A stretch of 63,849 nt of DNA, filler included, from Reticulomyxa filosa (GCA_000512085.1; 27 parts of 27 records of this genome joined end to end with filler, not necessarily neighbours in it), one strand, 5' to 3'. Shown: positions 48,727-62,874, counted from the first letter of the whole stretch. The notes: a model not told the origin generated them from the letters alone. Numbers and translations are program-made.

Positions 48727-51700
48727 TACAAATTATAAAAAAAGATAGTAATACTGTTCCAGTCAATTAATATGTTGACTTTCTATCATTGTGGTATATT
48801 GCTCATATTAGTTTTTTTTTTTGTTTTACAGTTTGTTGGCCATTGATCAACACATGTTTGTTCTTATTTGCAGCTAGTTGGCTACTATTCACTGATGTTT
48901 AAATTTGATTCATTACATGATGGCCTTAACTTACTACATTATTTCTTGTTTCTGTATTGTAGCAAATTTTCTTGATTTACCCGCTCATACTGCATTTGCT
49001 ACTGTTGCACTTTTGGTTTACATTTTAGTTTATAATTGACACTTGGCCTTTGTACATTATAGTTATATTATTTGATCAAGTAATATCTTTGTACAATGAA
49101 TTTTCATATGTTGTACACATGATATGGTCTTTTTACATATTATATACTTTGTCCATTACAAATATGTATCTATTTTTTTTATTTCGCCTATTGTTGATTG
49201 AGGAACGGTCTTTATTTTTGGAACCTTTGATACAGTGATCGGTCTCCAAATAGTTGATATACACTATGATGTAAGAATACCATTTGTTAATTCTCCTTAT
49301 ATTTATATTGTCTTCCTTAACTTTGTACGAGTTGATCCAAGATATCTCCATTTCGATTTACTTTTTGTTGTCATATTGTGTATTTTTTTTATTGGTGTCT
49401 CGAATATTTGCTTGTTTGACGATTTTATCAAAGCGAATTTTCGTGTTACATTCACATATACACGAAATTGGATTTTTACAATATTCTTCATCTTCTCACC
49501 AAGTCTTTGCATCACTTCATATATGTATGTCTTCATATACTACCACAAATCTTTTGCCGAACAATATCAATTTATACACTGGTTTCTGGTTCTCCTTCGG
49601 AATCTCCCCCACTCGTATGCATTCTGCTCTTGTTTAGCATATATTTCATTCACTTGCTCTTGATTGATATTTTTATTTCTGTTTTCTGCTTCTTCTGACT
49701 TCTTCTTTAGATCATTTATTTCCATTTTCTCTTTATTGTTACAATCTAATTACTTTTTTCTTTTTACATCACTCGAAACGTCTTTTGCTTGATATCTTCA
49801 GTGCTCACCTTCCTACATGAAAATGATATTAAAGAAAAAAAAGTAATAAAATCAATGATATATGCTTGTCGAATTTGATCAATAATTAGAATCATGATCA
49901 AACAATTTATTATTAATTATTTTTATATTAAAAGTATTAAAATGGGTCAATGACTTGCATTTTAATTTGTAATGATAGAAAAAATGTTAATTTTATAGGG
50001 AAAGCAAATTAACAATTCCAAATACAGTTGATGATAATCAAATTCATAATAATGAAGGATTATTAATTGATACTAAAAATGAATATATAAAAATAATTGT
50101 TTAAAAGAAAACGATAAAACTTTATGAAAAGAAAAAGAATAAACATATATCAACCAAACAATTCTGATAGCGATTTTAAAGCAAATATATCCATTTGTTG
50201 CTACTCTCATTGTAAAGTTTGGATCTCAAANNNNNNNNNNNNNNNNNNNNNNNNNNNNNNNNNNNNNNNNNNNNTTAATTAATTAANNNNNNNNNNNNNN
50301 NNNNNNNNNNNNNNNNNNNNNNNNNNNNNNTCGTTACCTGTTGCAAATTAAACAAATGAAATGGTAATTGTCTTATGATAGATTATATTAAATTAAAAAT
50401 GAAAATTATAAAGTATGATATTGCAAATGGTAAATTATTATAATTACTCTTAAAAATGCAACTAAATCGAGAGCATGTAATGGCAAAGAGAGTATGAAAC
50501 ATTTGCGTTGTAGTGATAATAATAAATCATTTTTTCCTCCTTGTAAGGATAGTGAGTGAGATTAAGGAAGAGTTACAATGTATGATCGAGTTGTACACAA
50601 ATAATTTCAATGCATGTTCGTGCAAGGCTTAATCTATAATTTTTGTTTTTTTTTCTCTTTAAAATATTGTTAAAAGTAAAAAAATTAAAGTTCGCCTAAA
50701 AAGGAAAGTTCCATTAATAATCCGGCATTACTTTGATTAAAAGAATGTTATTTGCGTTGCTCTTCGTGTAGGTTTCCATTTTGGGGAAAAGTGCAGCACT
50801 ATGTAATTATGCTGTTGTGTTTGGGTAAGTGAAAGAGGTGCTCGAAACTTACAAGCAAGCTTATAGTGTACTTTATGAGTGGTTTGTATTAAGGAGAAGA
50901 GATTGTTTAAAAAAAAAACATAAAAAATAATGACTGTAATTAATTTGTGTTATAGTTCCTATTTTTTTTTAGGATCACAAAAACATTTTTTTTTGTGAAT
51001 TGTCTTTAATTTAATTTATAAATTGTTTTTTAAATTCAAAAAATAAAGATTTGACTTATCAAGATAATTGATTGTTTACAAGAATGTCTTTGGTATGAAC
51101 TTCTTTTTTTAAAACATCCCTTTTTCAGTTTGTGTAAAAGTTATAAGATTGAAAACGTGTATCTTTTTTTGTATTTTGGTTTTGCAACTTGAAGAAAAAA
51201 AGATGGCTAGCATTTAGTCTAGTTCAACTTCGCAACAGCAAAAACAGCAATAAGAAGTAGTACAAAAACAAGAGATAGCAATGCAACAAGTGTTATTAGA
51301 ACAAATTAATGATTGTTTCATAGTGATTCGAAGATATCTAAATGAAGTAATAAGATTAACACATTTGAAAAAAGCAGCAAAGAATATAGATACGAAAAGT
51401 TTGGAAATGTCAAATTTTGCAATGGCACAATCAGTCAATCTTTTACAAATTAGTTTAAAAGATTGTCATAATAAAAAAAAAGAAGCTATACAACTAGCTC
51501 AAACAAAATTAACAAGTTTTGATTTAGAGCTGAGTTCATTGGCAAGAAATTTAGAAGATGAAAAAGAAATTAAAAAAAGAGTGGCTCCAATTCGTATAAT
51601 TTAATTCGAATTGTAAAGAATGAATCAGTTGCATTAAATCCTGGACCAAAATTAAATGAAAAAACATTAAATGAAGATACTGTTGGAACTGTTTTTGGAA

Positions 51701-52882
51701 AAATTTTAGGTACTGGTCATGAAATAGAGATCGAGTTACAGAAGTAAATAAAGAATAAATTGTATAATGACCAAGAGAAAATGAAACAGAATGCAAAAGG
51801 TGCTGTCAATCAAATGTTATCAACAAAAACATATAATTTAAATAAAAGTTCAATGGTGTATGATATTAATCCTGATTATCTTGAGAATGAAAATTTTTTC
51901 CAGGAGAAAAAGAAGGGAATTCTAAACCAGATCGGAATTCACTTACTGAAAATGACTCCAAAAATCGTTCTACGAAAAGTAGTAAAATGGATACTGAAGA
52001 TAATAATACAACTCCAAACAAATATAATGATGATTTTGAAAATTCATTTTCGTGTGAATGAAAAATAATAACAGTGACTCCAGAAATACGAATAAGAGAA
52101 CCATAAAAAAAAGGAAAAGAATAAAAATATTTTATTTGACTTGAGTAAATTTATACGTATGAATATATACGTTTTCATTAATTTTTATGAAATAACTCTT
52201 TTTTTTTTATAATGTCGTCTACTTTAAATCAAATCTACAAATAAAATATGAAAAATGCTTATATATACAATATTGATCAGGAAAGATTGGAAGTGAAAGG
52301 TTAAATCCCTCTTCTTAATTTGATAATTTGTACAAAGTATAATACAAAAAAATATTGCTCTCTGAGCGATCGTTCAAGTAAACTAAATTAAAGATAATGA
52401 AAACAACAGCAAAACAAGAAGAGAAGTAAGTTGCTAGAGAAGTTTTTGTGAAAAGAGATTTCAAGATGTACAACATTTTTTTATTTAAAGAATAACTCTT
52501 TTGAAAAAAATGAGGAATTTTACAATCATTCATGCAGTGAATATGCAGAGAGTACCAAATGTAATACGAGAGTTGTTACTGAATAAGTATTCAAGAAAGA
52601 AACAAAAGTATTTAAGTAATAAAGAAAAGAGGTTAAAGAAGAGTGGAGTCCCCTCGTTCAGAGTGGAACTTCTCCTGTAACTAGTAGGTGTTGTCGTATA
52701 TCTATAATAATTAAATAATATTTGAAATATCTCATTTGGGAAAATTAAATATCTCTTTTGAAAAAAATGAATAATTTTACGANNNNNNNNNNNNNNNNNN
52801 NNNNNNNNNNNNNNNNNNNNNNNNNNTTAATTAATTAANNNNNNNNNNNNNNNNNNNNNNNNNNNNNNNNNNNNNNNNNNNN

Positions 52883-53239
52883 GCACCTGGTCATGCTCGT
52901 GTAGATTGGGAATGTATTCGTGCTTTAGCTGAATTTCTTCATATAAATTTACCTTATGATAATATTGAACAACTTAGACAACGATTATATCAAATTGCTC
53001 CTCATTTTGAAAAATTGGATTCTATTCAAACACCATTTTTGACTAAACCATTATCATTATCATCATTATCATCATCTTCTTCTTCATTATCATCTGATCT
53101 ATCTAAAGATGTACTTACTCAATCCTTCCCTCGATACTTTTCTTCCTACTTTGCTACTGATCATATCTCTCGCAGTTCCAAAGTATTAAAACGTGCTGCT
53201 AAAGATCTTCCTTTAAGCAATTGTAGTTGGTCCTTATAA
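52883..53239 (+). CDS. NDUFS1: NADH:ubiquinone oxidoreductase 75-kDa subunit (NDUFS1/Nad11/NuoG), C-terminal fragment
   Basis: APGHARVDWECIRALAEFLHINLPYDNIEQLRQRLYQIAP..SYFATDHISRSSKVL parallels NDUFS1 PPG.AREDW.IIRALSE..LPYD.L..R.RL..P..DFYMTDSISRAS. Confidence 0.85.
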   Translation, partial: APGHARVDWECIRALAEFLHINLPYDNIEQLRQRLYQIAPHFEKLDSIQTPFLTKPLSLSSLSSSSSSLSSDLSKDVLTQSFPRYFSSYFATDHISRSSKVLKRAAKDLPLSNCSWSL

Positions 53240-53581
53240 AAATCTTTTTTTTACTTTTGTTTTATAAATTCAAGGACTTTTTTGGTTAAAATTACATTTA
53301 AAAAAATGTTGTTTAAAACCAATTTTTATGTGAATAATTCAAACTTTCTTTTTTTTTCATCAAAAATATCAAAAATAATCATTAGATGCGAGATAACATA
53401 ATTATTATTTATTTTTTCTCTTCAACATTTATATCAAAGTATTCAAATTTAACACTCAATATCTTTTCCAAAAAAAATTGGACATTATGAATAGATAGGA
53501 TAAAGACACACAAATTATCCATGCACATTTTTGCTTCACGTGTTTTACATGAAAGAGATTCACACAAAACACCTTTTATAT

Positions 53582-54950
53582 CTACTGTTTGACAGTTTTC
53601 CCAGTCAGACACAATTCCCAAATAGAGGCGATATGTTGACTAAGATCTTCGCAGTCTTTCATTACATTATTGGAATGAGTAAGAAAGTCATCAAATATCT
53701 GTTGATTCGTGTAGTCTGGAAATAAAATTTCAAGTTCATGTTGTAATTCAACATCTTCATACTTTTGCTTTATACGGTTAATGTCATTGTTGCAATTTGT
53801 CGCCATATTTTTCAAGGTATTTACTTCGGACATGATTTTTTCTTTCCTTAATTCCCAAACGTTTCTATCGATACTCTTTGGCCCTTCTTTAAATAGAGAT
53901 TGATTTTCAAAAAACTTGGCAAGATCTTGAAGCATTTCATATTCATTCGGAATTGTTGTCCACCGATCTGTGCACACTACAAAAAAACAAAAATTATTGA
54001 GAAAAAAGAAGTATAATTCAAAAAGTGTGCCTTTTGATCTATTACCGTAAAGATATTTCAAATTTATCTTCTTTTTACGACACGCCCTTATTGTATCTCT
54101 CAAGATCATTTCTATATGTCTTGTCCATTTGGTAATAAATGTTCGCAATCCATGTAAGCGTCGTTGTTTCGATTCTTCAATTTCCGATTTTACTTCTGCT
54201 CTGTTTTTTTTTAATGTGTGTATACGTACGTATAAAAAAAAATTATTTTAGTTGCTTCAAAATACCGTAATTCCGCACATGAACTAGCAAGATTCTTCCA
54301 TTCATTTCTGAGGGGATCAATCTCATCAATTATGTCACTCCACTGAGACATTGGATTAATCAATTCTTTCATCTGTACTCCCCATCTAATGATCGCATCA
54401 AGTATTGTTTTCGTTTTACGATGAATTTTTTTTTTCTCTGCACCATTTTTTTGTTCTTCTTCAATTTGTTCACGCAATTTCCTCACATTGACTTGCAAAT
54501 TTCGGGTTTCCATATGTGCTTGATCAATCCTTGTTTTGTTCACTGACAATTCTTTTGCAAAGCGTGATTTCCATTCCAAAGTATTTTTCTTTACTTTGCT
54601 GAAGTCATTTTTTAGCTTTTCATGCTTTTTTCCGCGCTCTTTCTCCTTTGACGAGCTGCTCCAACTACATTCCAATTTATCAATTACTATCGTACATTTT
54701 CTTATCAATACGTCAAATGTGTCCCAATCTTTTTGTATTTCTTCCAAAATTTTAGGTGCATCTTCGATATCTTTGTTTTCACTCACGATATTCCTTAATT
54801 TATTAAAAGCATTCCACGTGTTTGTTTTGTCTCTTTCGACATCATAATCGTCATTATCTCTTTCGATATCATCATCTTTTTCAATGTCATCATCATCTCT
54901 TTCGATGTCATCATCATCTCTTTCGACGTCATCATCATCTCTTTCGACGT
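53582..54950 (-). CDS. Coiled-coil hypothetical protein, 3' part, multi-exon, with DVERDDD tandem repeats
   Basis: ORFs 54211-54786 and 53582-54148 are heptad-rich. An 18-21-bp tandem repeat spans 54830-54950. Confidence 0.6.
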
Positions 54951-55050
54951 NNNNNNNNNNNNNNNNNNNNNNNNNNNNNNNNNNNNNNNNNNNNTTAATT
55001 AATTAANNNNNNNNNNNNNNNNNNNNNNNNNNNNNNNNNNNNNNNNNNNN

Positions 55051-55251
55051 GTATTCGTTTTTAAGTATATGATAAGAATAACAAGCTTTTTGTTCAGTAC
55101 CTCCACAAATAAGGATTTCGTGTTTGTGTAGCACACATTGGGATTCAACAAGTGGAGTAGGTAAAGCTTTCAAATTTTGGAAGTGGTTAATAAGATATTG
55201 GCTTTGTTTAGTTTTTCTTTGAGGTTTTTGTGTTGTAGTTCGATTACCCAT
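55051..55251 (-). CDS. Kelch-type beta-propeller protein, N-terminal fragment
   Basis: MGN.. N-terminus, then FQNLKALPTPLVESQCVLHKHEILICGG..ACYSYH (Kelch GG..Y motif). Confidence 0.7.
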
Positions 55252-56070
55252 GTTGTTGAAATTTTCTTTGAAAAAAGGGGATGTGACGTGACCCTGTTGA
55301 AAAAAAACAAAAGATATTATATATTTTTTATTTGGTTATTAAAACGAAAAATACGCATAATTGAATAAAAGGACTAATCAGTCACATCACTTTGAAACGT
55401 AGACAACAAATATTCAATTATTGAATCAAGAATGTTCCACAAACTGTCATACAGAAGCATAGTCATATTACAACAAAAAGATTTTTAAAGATATTCGTTT
55501 ATTTATAATATAACATTTCAATCACTTGTTTGTATAAAAAACAATTTTCAAAGATAAAAGAATTGGATTAGATGAAATATCGAAATGGAAAGAATTAAAT
55601 AAAAAAGCATATGAAATGATCAATAATGGACAATAAGTAATTATTGTATAGTGGAAAAGATCAATTAAGCCTAATTTTTTTTTACTGTCTATCACTAAAA
55701 CATTACTTTCTTATCAATCTTATATCAAGATTTGATTTTATTTGTTTGAATAAATACAGCTGCGGTCAAAAGTGTTGAGATGTTGCGAATTTTCATTTAT
55801 TTTTTACTTAAAGGCAAATATCTCCATAATGAAAAAATATAATTTTCTGAAAATTTGAGAAGTTATATCTTACATTTATGCTATAGAAATATGCAATTTT
55901 TTGATTTTTTAGATTGATAATTTATAATCTATTTCATTTTCAAAATTATCAATTACGTACATACACTTTTGAATGTTTTATTAACATTTTAGTTCAATGT
56001 ATTTTTTTATTATTACTATGGTAAAAATCAATTAAAACTAAAATATTTATTTTTAATCTAGAATTATCAA

Positions 56071-56203
56071 ATGGGAAAAAGTGATATCATTTTTCAACAT
56101 GGCAATGACTGCAAAAAATAATATTAATGTTCTTCATTTGCCTTCACAGTCACCAGATATTAGTCCGATGGAACATTTGTGGAATGAATTAAAATGACGC
56201 ATT
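56071..56203 (+). pseudogene. Tc1-family transposase relic (DDE domain fragment)
   Basis: IIFQHGND.. / NINVLHLPSQSPDISPMEHLWNELK* matches Tc1 FQQDNxxxH...WPSQSPDLNPIEHLW..LK. Internally deleted and contains a stop. Confidence 0.75.
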
Positions 56204-56449
56204 AATATCTTAAAATTAACCATTTCTGAAATATTAAAAAATATCATATATGTTGTACTTTTTTGAACTATTGATTTATATCTTTCATTTATTATGCTTT
56301 TAAATTCTTTGAACGCAGCTTTTTCATTTTGTAAAAAAACAAAATAAATAAAACATATCTTTCAATACTTGCATTCAATCAAATTAAACAAGTTTAAGAT
56401 CAACTTTTTAAACAAAACACTTCATCTTTTATTGAACAAAAAAATTAAA

Positions 56450-56842
56450 TTATCCCAAAATACGAATGGGACCTTTCAATAAACCATAACACAAATTATA
56501 TTTGATATTCTTTGTCTTATCTTTCTTTTTCAATTCAATAAATTTTAAACATAGTATTCCATTATCTTTAATATTATCTCCTTTGATGATATACAATTGC
56601 TTCTTATTTGATCGAATATCCCAAAATCGAATTGTATTATCCTCTGATCCAGAGCATATCACATTTGAATTACCAATACTATTCTTTATTACAAATGGTG
56701 AATATTCAGCAGACGATACAGTATTTGTATGTCCATTGAACACTTGAATTTGTTGACCAGATCGAATATCCCACAAACAAACACTTTTATCATTTGATCC
56801 AGATAATATTGTATTTAATAATTCATTTGATCCATATTTTAC
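56450..56842 (-). CDS. WD40-repeat protein, C-terminal fragment
   Basis: LWDIRSGQQIQVFNGHTNTV..DNTIRFWDIRSNK..LCYGLLKGPIRILG*. Confidence 0.88.
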   Translation of the reverse strand, partial: VKYGSNELLNTILSGSNDKSVCLWDIRSGQQIQVFNGHTNTVSSAEYSPFVIKNSIGNSNVICSGSEDNTIRFWDIRSNKKQLYIIKGDNIKDNGILCLKFIELKKKDKTKNIKYNLCYGLLKGPIRILG

Positions 56843-56952
56843 NNNNNNNNNNNNNNNNNNNNNNNNNNNNNNNNNNNNNNNNNNNNTTAATTAATTAANN
56901 NNNNNNNNNNNNNNNNNNNNNNNNNNNNNNNNNNNNNNNNNNCAATTATCAT

Positions 56953-56997
56953 CATAAGATATCGTTTTAGGCGTTCAGTTTTCTTGGTAACCTACTG
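56953..56997. mobile_element. Right end of the same Tc1-type MITE family
   Basis: CATAAGATATCGTTTTAGGCGTTCAGTTTTCTTGGTAACCTACTG|TA aligns with 48683-48726 and ends in TA. Confidence 0.7.
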
Positions 56998-57499
56998 TAG
57001 AAGATCCAAATACCACTGAAGTAAATATTTTTGTTAACGTGGCTCAAGCTACGCTTCAATGAGTTTTTTTCTTCATAACAAATTTTAGATTGAATGAATT
57101 GAAATGAAAATTAAAACAAACTTTTGTCAATGTCTTTTCACTAAAAAAAAAAGATGATAAATCAACAAATTTCATTCACATATGTTTATCCACAAACATA
57201 AATTAAATAATCACTGTTTGATTTTCATTCGTTATCATTTACTTTTTTTTTCAATCCAATAAATGTAAGACATGTTACTTTCTCATCTATTTTCATCACA
57301 TGCAACTCATACTCATTTGATCGAATATCCCAAAAACAAACTGATCATATATCAGATTCATAGTTGACATATGCGGAATAATTTACTTTTTTGAAAATAG
57401 AAAGTCTTTTTTACTCAAATTTTGCTTTAAGAATTTTTGTTATGAATAATTCCATCAATCGTTTCTTTAGTTTTATTTGTTTATTTTTTTCTTTCACTT

Positions 57500-58035
57500 T
57501 TGTATTGTATTGGATTTTCAATGGATGGTGATATAATTGTTACATCGACAGATTTTAGAACAATTCAAATATGGAATGTGCGATCAGAGGAGAAATTCGG
57601 AATTTCAGAGGATATAACGACTTCATCGATTTTACAAAATTTTCATCATCTGATGGAATAATAAAATTATGTGATGTAAATACTATGAATACAAACGTTG
57701 ACTGATAATTCAGATCGCATAGAAAGTGTTCAATTTTCGCCATCGTATCAACATCTGTGAATACAATCAATTTTTGTAATGTAAAAACAGGTGAAAGACT
57801 AAAAGAAATAAAATTAGATGATGTAATACGCTCAAGATTTTCTTCAGATGGTCAATATATTGTTTCATCTTCATTAGATAACATAATTTGAATATTGGAT
57901 TTGAATCAGGAAAAGAAGTGAAACAATTAGAAGGACATTCAGATGTTATTAATGATGTGAAATATCTTCCAGATGGTCAAACCATTTTGTATTGCTCAAG
58001 TGATAAAACTATTCGTCTGTGAGACATAAAATTAG
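57500..58035 (+). pseudogene. WD40 (G-beta-like, FSxDG type) pseudogene
   Basis: FSSDGQYIVSSSLDN..GKEVKQLEGHSDVINDVKYLPDGQTI..SSDKTIRL*D with several stops and frameshifts. Confidence 0.7.
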
Positions 58036-60421
58036 GTAATTAGGTAATAACAAATAAAAAATAGAAGTTAACGACATAGTGTCGTGTATAGATATNNNNN
58101 NNNNNNNNNNNNNNNNNNNNNNNNNNNNNNNNNNNNNNNTTAATTAATTAANNNNNNNNNNNNNNNNNNNNNNNNNNNNNNNNNNNNNNNNNNNNATTCT
58201 AATTTTTATTTATATTGAAAAATTTGTGGTCCCACCAGAGCGACAACATTGGTTAAGTAAATTTCTTTTTGTGTTAGTGAATACAGCAGACTGTCAATTC
58301 GATACTAATTTTTATTTATATAGATCGATGTAATGAAGATATTGAAGTGTGGAGCTGACAAGAAGTGGACAATGCAAAAGATGCAATAGCCATGACGCAG
58401 TAACAGTGTCATCTTTTATTATATTTATTCAATCCAGCTGCTGTTTATTGCCTCTCACTCAACTGCAGACGTCAACACCTGGAATATATTAGTATGAACG
58501 TATTATTGCTTAAATATGGCTTCTATGGACGTGTAATTTCATCGGAACGAATTTCAAAAGCAGACAATGTGCTTTTAGCAACCTCTCGAACGGTGCTCTA
58601 AATAAAAGATTTTCCTGGAACAAGCATCGACTAAAAAAAAATCAACGGATCGCCTGTGAAAAAAGTCGCACTATTTACGCAATTGGTCCAAGAATTTATT
58701 TGAATATTCGTTTATCGAATAAAAATGTAAATGTGGACAACAAATTGTGATTCCAAACCATTGTCAATGCAGATTAAAGATTTTTTTTTTTCAACATCGT
58801 CGAGAGCATATGGAATCATTTTCAATTTGATTATCGATTGCATCTCATTTATCCAAGAGTTGAGTTTTATCTATCTTGAAAATCAGACAGACTCTGAAAA
58901 TTTGAACAAGTATAGCAAATTTTGAATACTTTTGAAATAGTATAAGCCAAGTTCCACACGCTCAAATCTCGCAATTAAAAGGAGAAAAATATCAGTCAAT
59001 CGAAGTGAATTTGGGTTAAGTATTTACTGGATTGAATACGTTCGTTTTTCTTCGATAATCTCCAATTGATGCGTTATTCCTGTGGATACAGATTGAAACA
59101 ACAAAAATGTTTTGCAAGTGAAAGTGTGGATATTATCAACAATGTATCATCAAACATAGCAACACAATATTGATACAATCTCGACTTGACGTTTTCTTGG
59201 CCTATCACAATCACAGCTCAAAGTGGATTGTTATGTAAGTGTACAATCAATCGATATCATACATACAATCGAAGAAAGGGAAATTGACCAGAGATATGAT
59301 AAATATTAATAGAGGGACAAAGAATAAATGGAATATTCAAGCATTAATCAAAAAGCGAAGGAAGGCAGCTTTATTTGAAGGTAAATGTTAATTTTGTCAT
59401 ATTTTCAGCTTTTGTGACGTATTTTAACCAAAACAATATGAAATGGACTATTCCACTGTAGAATGATTTGCCTTAGGTTTGGAATGAAAGAAGAGGAAGA
59501 AGAAGAATAAATTAAGAGAACGGAAAAAGAAATGTGAATGAAGGAGAGTTGACGCAATAATTTCTTAAAAGTGTTGGTATTCGTTTTTATCAAAGCTGTG
59601 AGTGGTTATGGATGATATTTAAAAAACGAAATAAGTGATAATGAATTATCATATTAGTATAATCACACAGCGGCACTTAGCTTAGCACGTAATACTTTCA
59701 TTCAACGTATTCCAATTCACCAATGTATCAAATTTGGTCAAATATCCATTACCGCCTTTTACATATATTCGTCTTGTGCTGCATGTTATCCTCCGATATT
59801 GGCGCATCAAAGATACATAGAAACATTTCCAAAATGCAATTGTTATAACTTTNNNNNNNNNNNNNNNNNNNNNNNNNNNNNNNNNNNNNNNNNNNNTTAA
59901 TTAATTAANNNNNNNNNNNNNNNNNNNNNNNNNNNNNNNNNNNNNNNNNNNNAGTGATATTGGAGAGTCGGTGCTTGTATCTGCTGCATGTGTTTTGGTC
60001 AAAACAATGAGTGTAGATCTCTTATCAACTGTAATTGATGGTGTCTATCAGTGTGCATTCAAACAACACATAATTATATAAATATATAACTAAAAATCAC
60101 TTTAACAAAGATATTACATTGTCTTGCAACCATAAAGTGACGGATTTGGAATTGACCATTTCGACAGTGGAAATAACTTCATTGATGACAATATTATGTA
60201 CAAATATCTTGTCACTGTTATTTAATAAATTGACAAAAACACGCAATCAACTTTAATTGTCTTGTAATTGTTTTGTTCATAATAAAATCGATACATTTTT
60301 GTAGCTGTGAATTCATTGTGTATGTCTTTTTGCCAAGGCTTCCAACATAGCTGTGTCGTTATTTTTGTTAAATACATTGATTCCCGAGTGATCAGTCAAT
60401 ATCAACACGGAATTTGCACGT

Positions 60422-61726
60422 TCATGAGTCGATAGATAATCGTTTTGGATGTCCAATGCTTGAAAGTGGATATATCAGTACCCCGTCTGAGTCAACATTG
60501 TGTAAAAGGATTGGGAGAAAAAAAAAATAAGAATGTGTTGCAATTTCACTACCCTTGCAAATGTGAAGCAAACCCAACTTTACAGCGTCTGACAAAATCT
60601 TCAATCCGTGGGCCCATAAATAAGCCTCTTGAGGAGACTTTGTAGCGACATTCAATTGATTTCTCTCATCGCCATAAATGGCAGTGAATGAAGTTTCATA
60701 AATGTATTGGTCTTTCACTAGTCTGACCACATCAATTCGAATTTCAACAATTGAACTTATTGGAATCTTTGTGTTAGCTTTTTCTTTCTTTTGTGAAAAC
60801 CAGACAAAATACTTGTGATCTTTGGACAATCAAAACGTATGATATTTGCCACTTCCAAATTTGCTATACTTGAGCTATCGACGATATTGCAATTATATAT
60901 TATATTTGCAAATGAGTACATTGACATTCAATAAACAAACAGATAAAAAATAAAAACACAAATGAAGCGAACTAGAGTCTTGCATTCTTTCATCTGAGAT
61001 ACACATAACAATTGTCTTTCGAAGTCAGGTCTAAATGTAGGCATGAGCATTTTCCAAAGACGCAGAATGAATGGAAGATAGTGTTGTTCTCGTGTGACAA
61101 GTTGTCATAATGCCACGTGTGGCCTGCAGCCAAAGATGTCGATCTCGAAAAACGCTTGTCTCGCTACCCATCACATCTTGCAGACATTTAAGGTTTCCTG
61201 ATCGTATGGGCTATCCTATATTTCTTATTCTATCTATTTTCTTTGATACTAAAAACCTGTCTAAGTAAAAGAAAATGTACTGCTTTGAAAACGACGCAAA
61301 AAGTGCACTTGAAGGAATCCACGATTTTCAATGTTTCTTTGTATTTTAGACCATAGATCCTTTGTCGTTCACTTTGTACATTCGAGATGCAATTTTCATC
61401 ACTGTCTTGGTCTTCTCTGCGTTTTGGATTGATGACACTATCGCATTTTTACCTCGGATGTCCATGATCACACTAAAGCCCAACGGACGCTCTGCAAACG
61501 TTATTTCATACATTTTCTGTATTCAATGCCACAAAACAAATAATATGCTTTTTTTTCCATTGTCTGAGAAAAAAAATATTATTTTCGCGTACCTCATCGA
61601 TATAGTATTGCTTCTGTCAATCCTTTTCGCTTTGCTAATCTCTTGTAAAACTTTTTCTCTGTCTTCTAACTGTTTTTTCTTATCGTCATTACTGACAAAA
61701 TTGTTTGGTATTTTAATATTCATTTC
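60422..61726 (-). pseudogene. PDZ + PH domain protein, disrupted
   Basis: PDZ-like YEITFAERPLGFSVIMDIRGKNAIVSSIQ..RMYKVNDK/RIYGLKYKETLKI (frameshift ~61360). PH-like KYSKFGSGKYHTF*LSKDHKYFVWFS..SFTAIYG..QEAYLWAHGLKIL with an in-frame TGA. Confidence 0.55.
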
Positions 61727-62617
61727 CACTATCAAGGGATAATAAAGAATAGATTTGTAAAAACTTTAATTAAAAGCCCTTTTAGCAAAAGAAAATTTCG
61801 TATCTTATTTTTTGCAATATTCCGAATTTCTGCAAGTAAAATTTGTTTCCAAAATTAGCATTAACGTATCAGTAAAACATAGTGACAATAATCAATTATA
61901 TATTGAAATTTTATACCAGATGACTAGAATCCAAAAATAACATTTTAACTCTTTTACATTATTACTTCTGATTGAAATAATATAGATTTATAAACACTTA
62001 CAAAAATATATCAACTATATATTACTTGTGTTTTAAAATCCAATCAAGTTTAAAACAAACTGAAAGTGGCTTTAATCTGTATTGTTTCTTATTTGAAATA
62101 ATTTTCTTTATTATTATTAGAAAAAAAAGTGTCAATCACAATACAAAAAAACATTGTCACTTTTTTTCTTAGAAGAGTATAGTAAAGTTTTATACTAAGT
62201 TTTTTTTTTAAAGGTTATAGCTTTCAAAAAAATAAGTGTTTGTTGGTTAAAAAAAAACATCAATTAGTGATTATGAATTCAATAAAGGTGTTAAATCTTT
62301 TTGACATGATTCAAATATCAAAAATGTCTATTTCAAAATGTGTTATTAACACAAAGACCACCACATTATGAAAGCGCCAGATTGAAGAATAATTAATGCC
62401 AAAAGAAATACTTTACAATATGTCAAATAACTTTTTTTTTGCTACTAAATAATACAATTTGCTAATTTTGATATTGATACTTGTTTTAATATCATGTAAT
62501 ATGTTTTTAAATGAATANNNNNNNNNNNNNNNNNNNNNNNNNNNNNNNNNNNNNNNNNNNNTTAATTAATTAANNNNNNNNNNNNNNNNNNNNNNNNNNN
62601 NNNNNNNNNNNNNNNNN

Positions 62618-62658
62618 TGCAAGCTGCGAACCAGGATCTCCGCGCCCGATATCTGCAT
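62618..62658 (-). CDS. ilvI: Acetolactate synthase large subunit, N-terminal 13 codons
   Basis: MQISGAEILVRSL preceded by a GAGG ribosome-binding site. Matches the AHAS large-subunit N-terminus, but the fragment is very short. Confidence 0.55.
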
Positions 62659-62874
62659 CTTTGCCTCTTCTAATGTCAGGTATTAATTTTTTGCCCGTGA
62701 CGGATGAACTTAGCCGAAGCACCAAAGTCGGTCAAGCGCTTTTGTGCAGGTGCAAAAAAAGGGCAAAAAACCAGCAAAAAACAGCCACTTTTTATGGGGG
62801 TAGGCGGCACACGGGGGCTTTTGGTAAGATGCCTAGTTGGCCGCAAGGCTGTTACCAGCTTTCATCCGTTCACC

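Noticed and set aside
48800-49800. Possible decayed retroelement ORF1/gag on the minus strand
   Set aside because: Lys-rich broken frames with scattered Cys/His, but no intact zinc-knuckle or RT motif that I can support.
51203-52068. Coiled-coil ORF cluster, faintly ING/tektin-like
   Set aside because: Multiple stops and no diagnostic motif, so it cannot be assigned.
60422-61726. Alternative genetic code (stop-codon reassignment) suggested by in-frame stops
   Set aside because: Conserved genes (XPD, kinase, BET, NDUFS1) have no internal stops. The stop-containing regions also have frameshifts, consistent with pseudogenes.
6698-62617. Regularly recurring TTAATTAATTAA palindrome as a biological repeat
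   Set aside because: Always embedded in exactly 44+44 Ns. It is a synthetic six-frame-stop linker, so adjacency across it carries no biological meaning.
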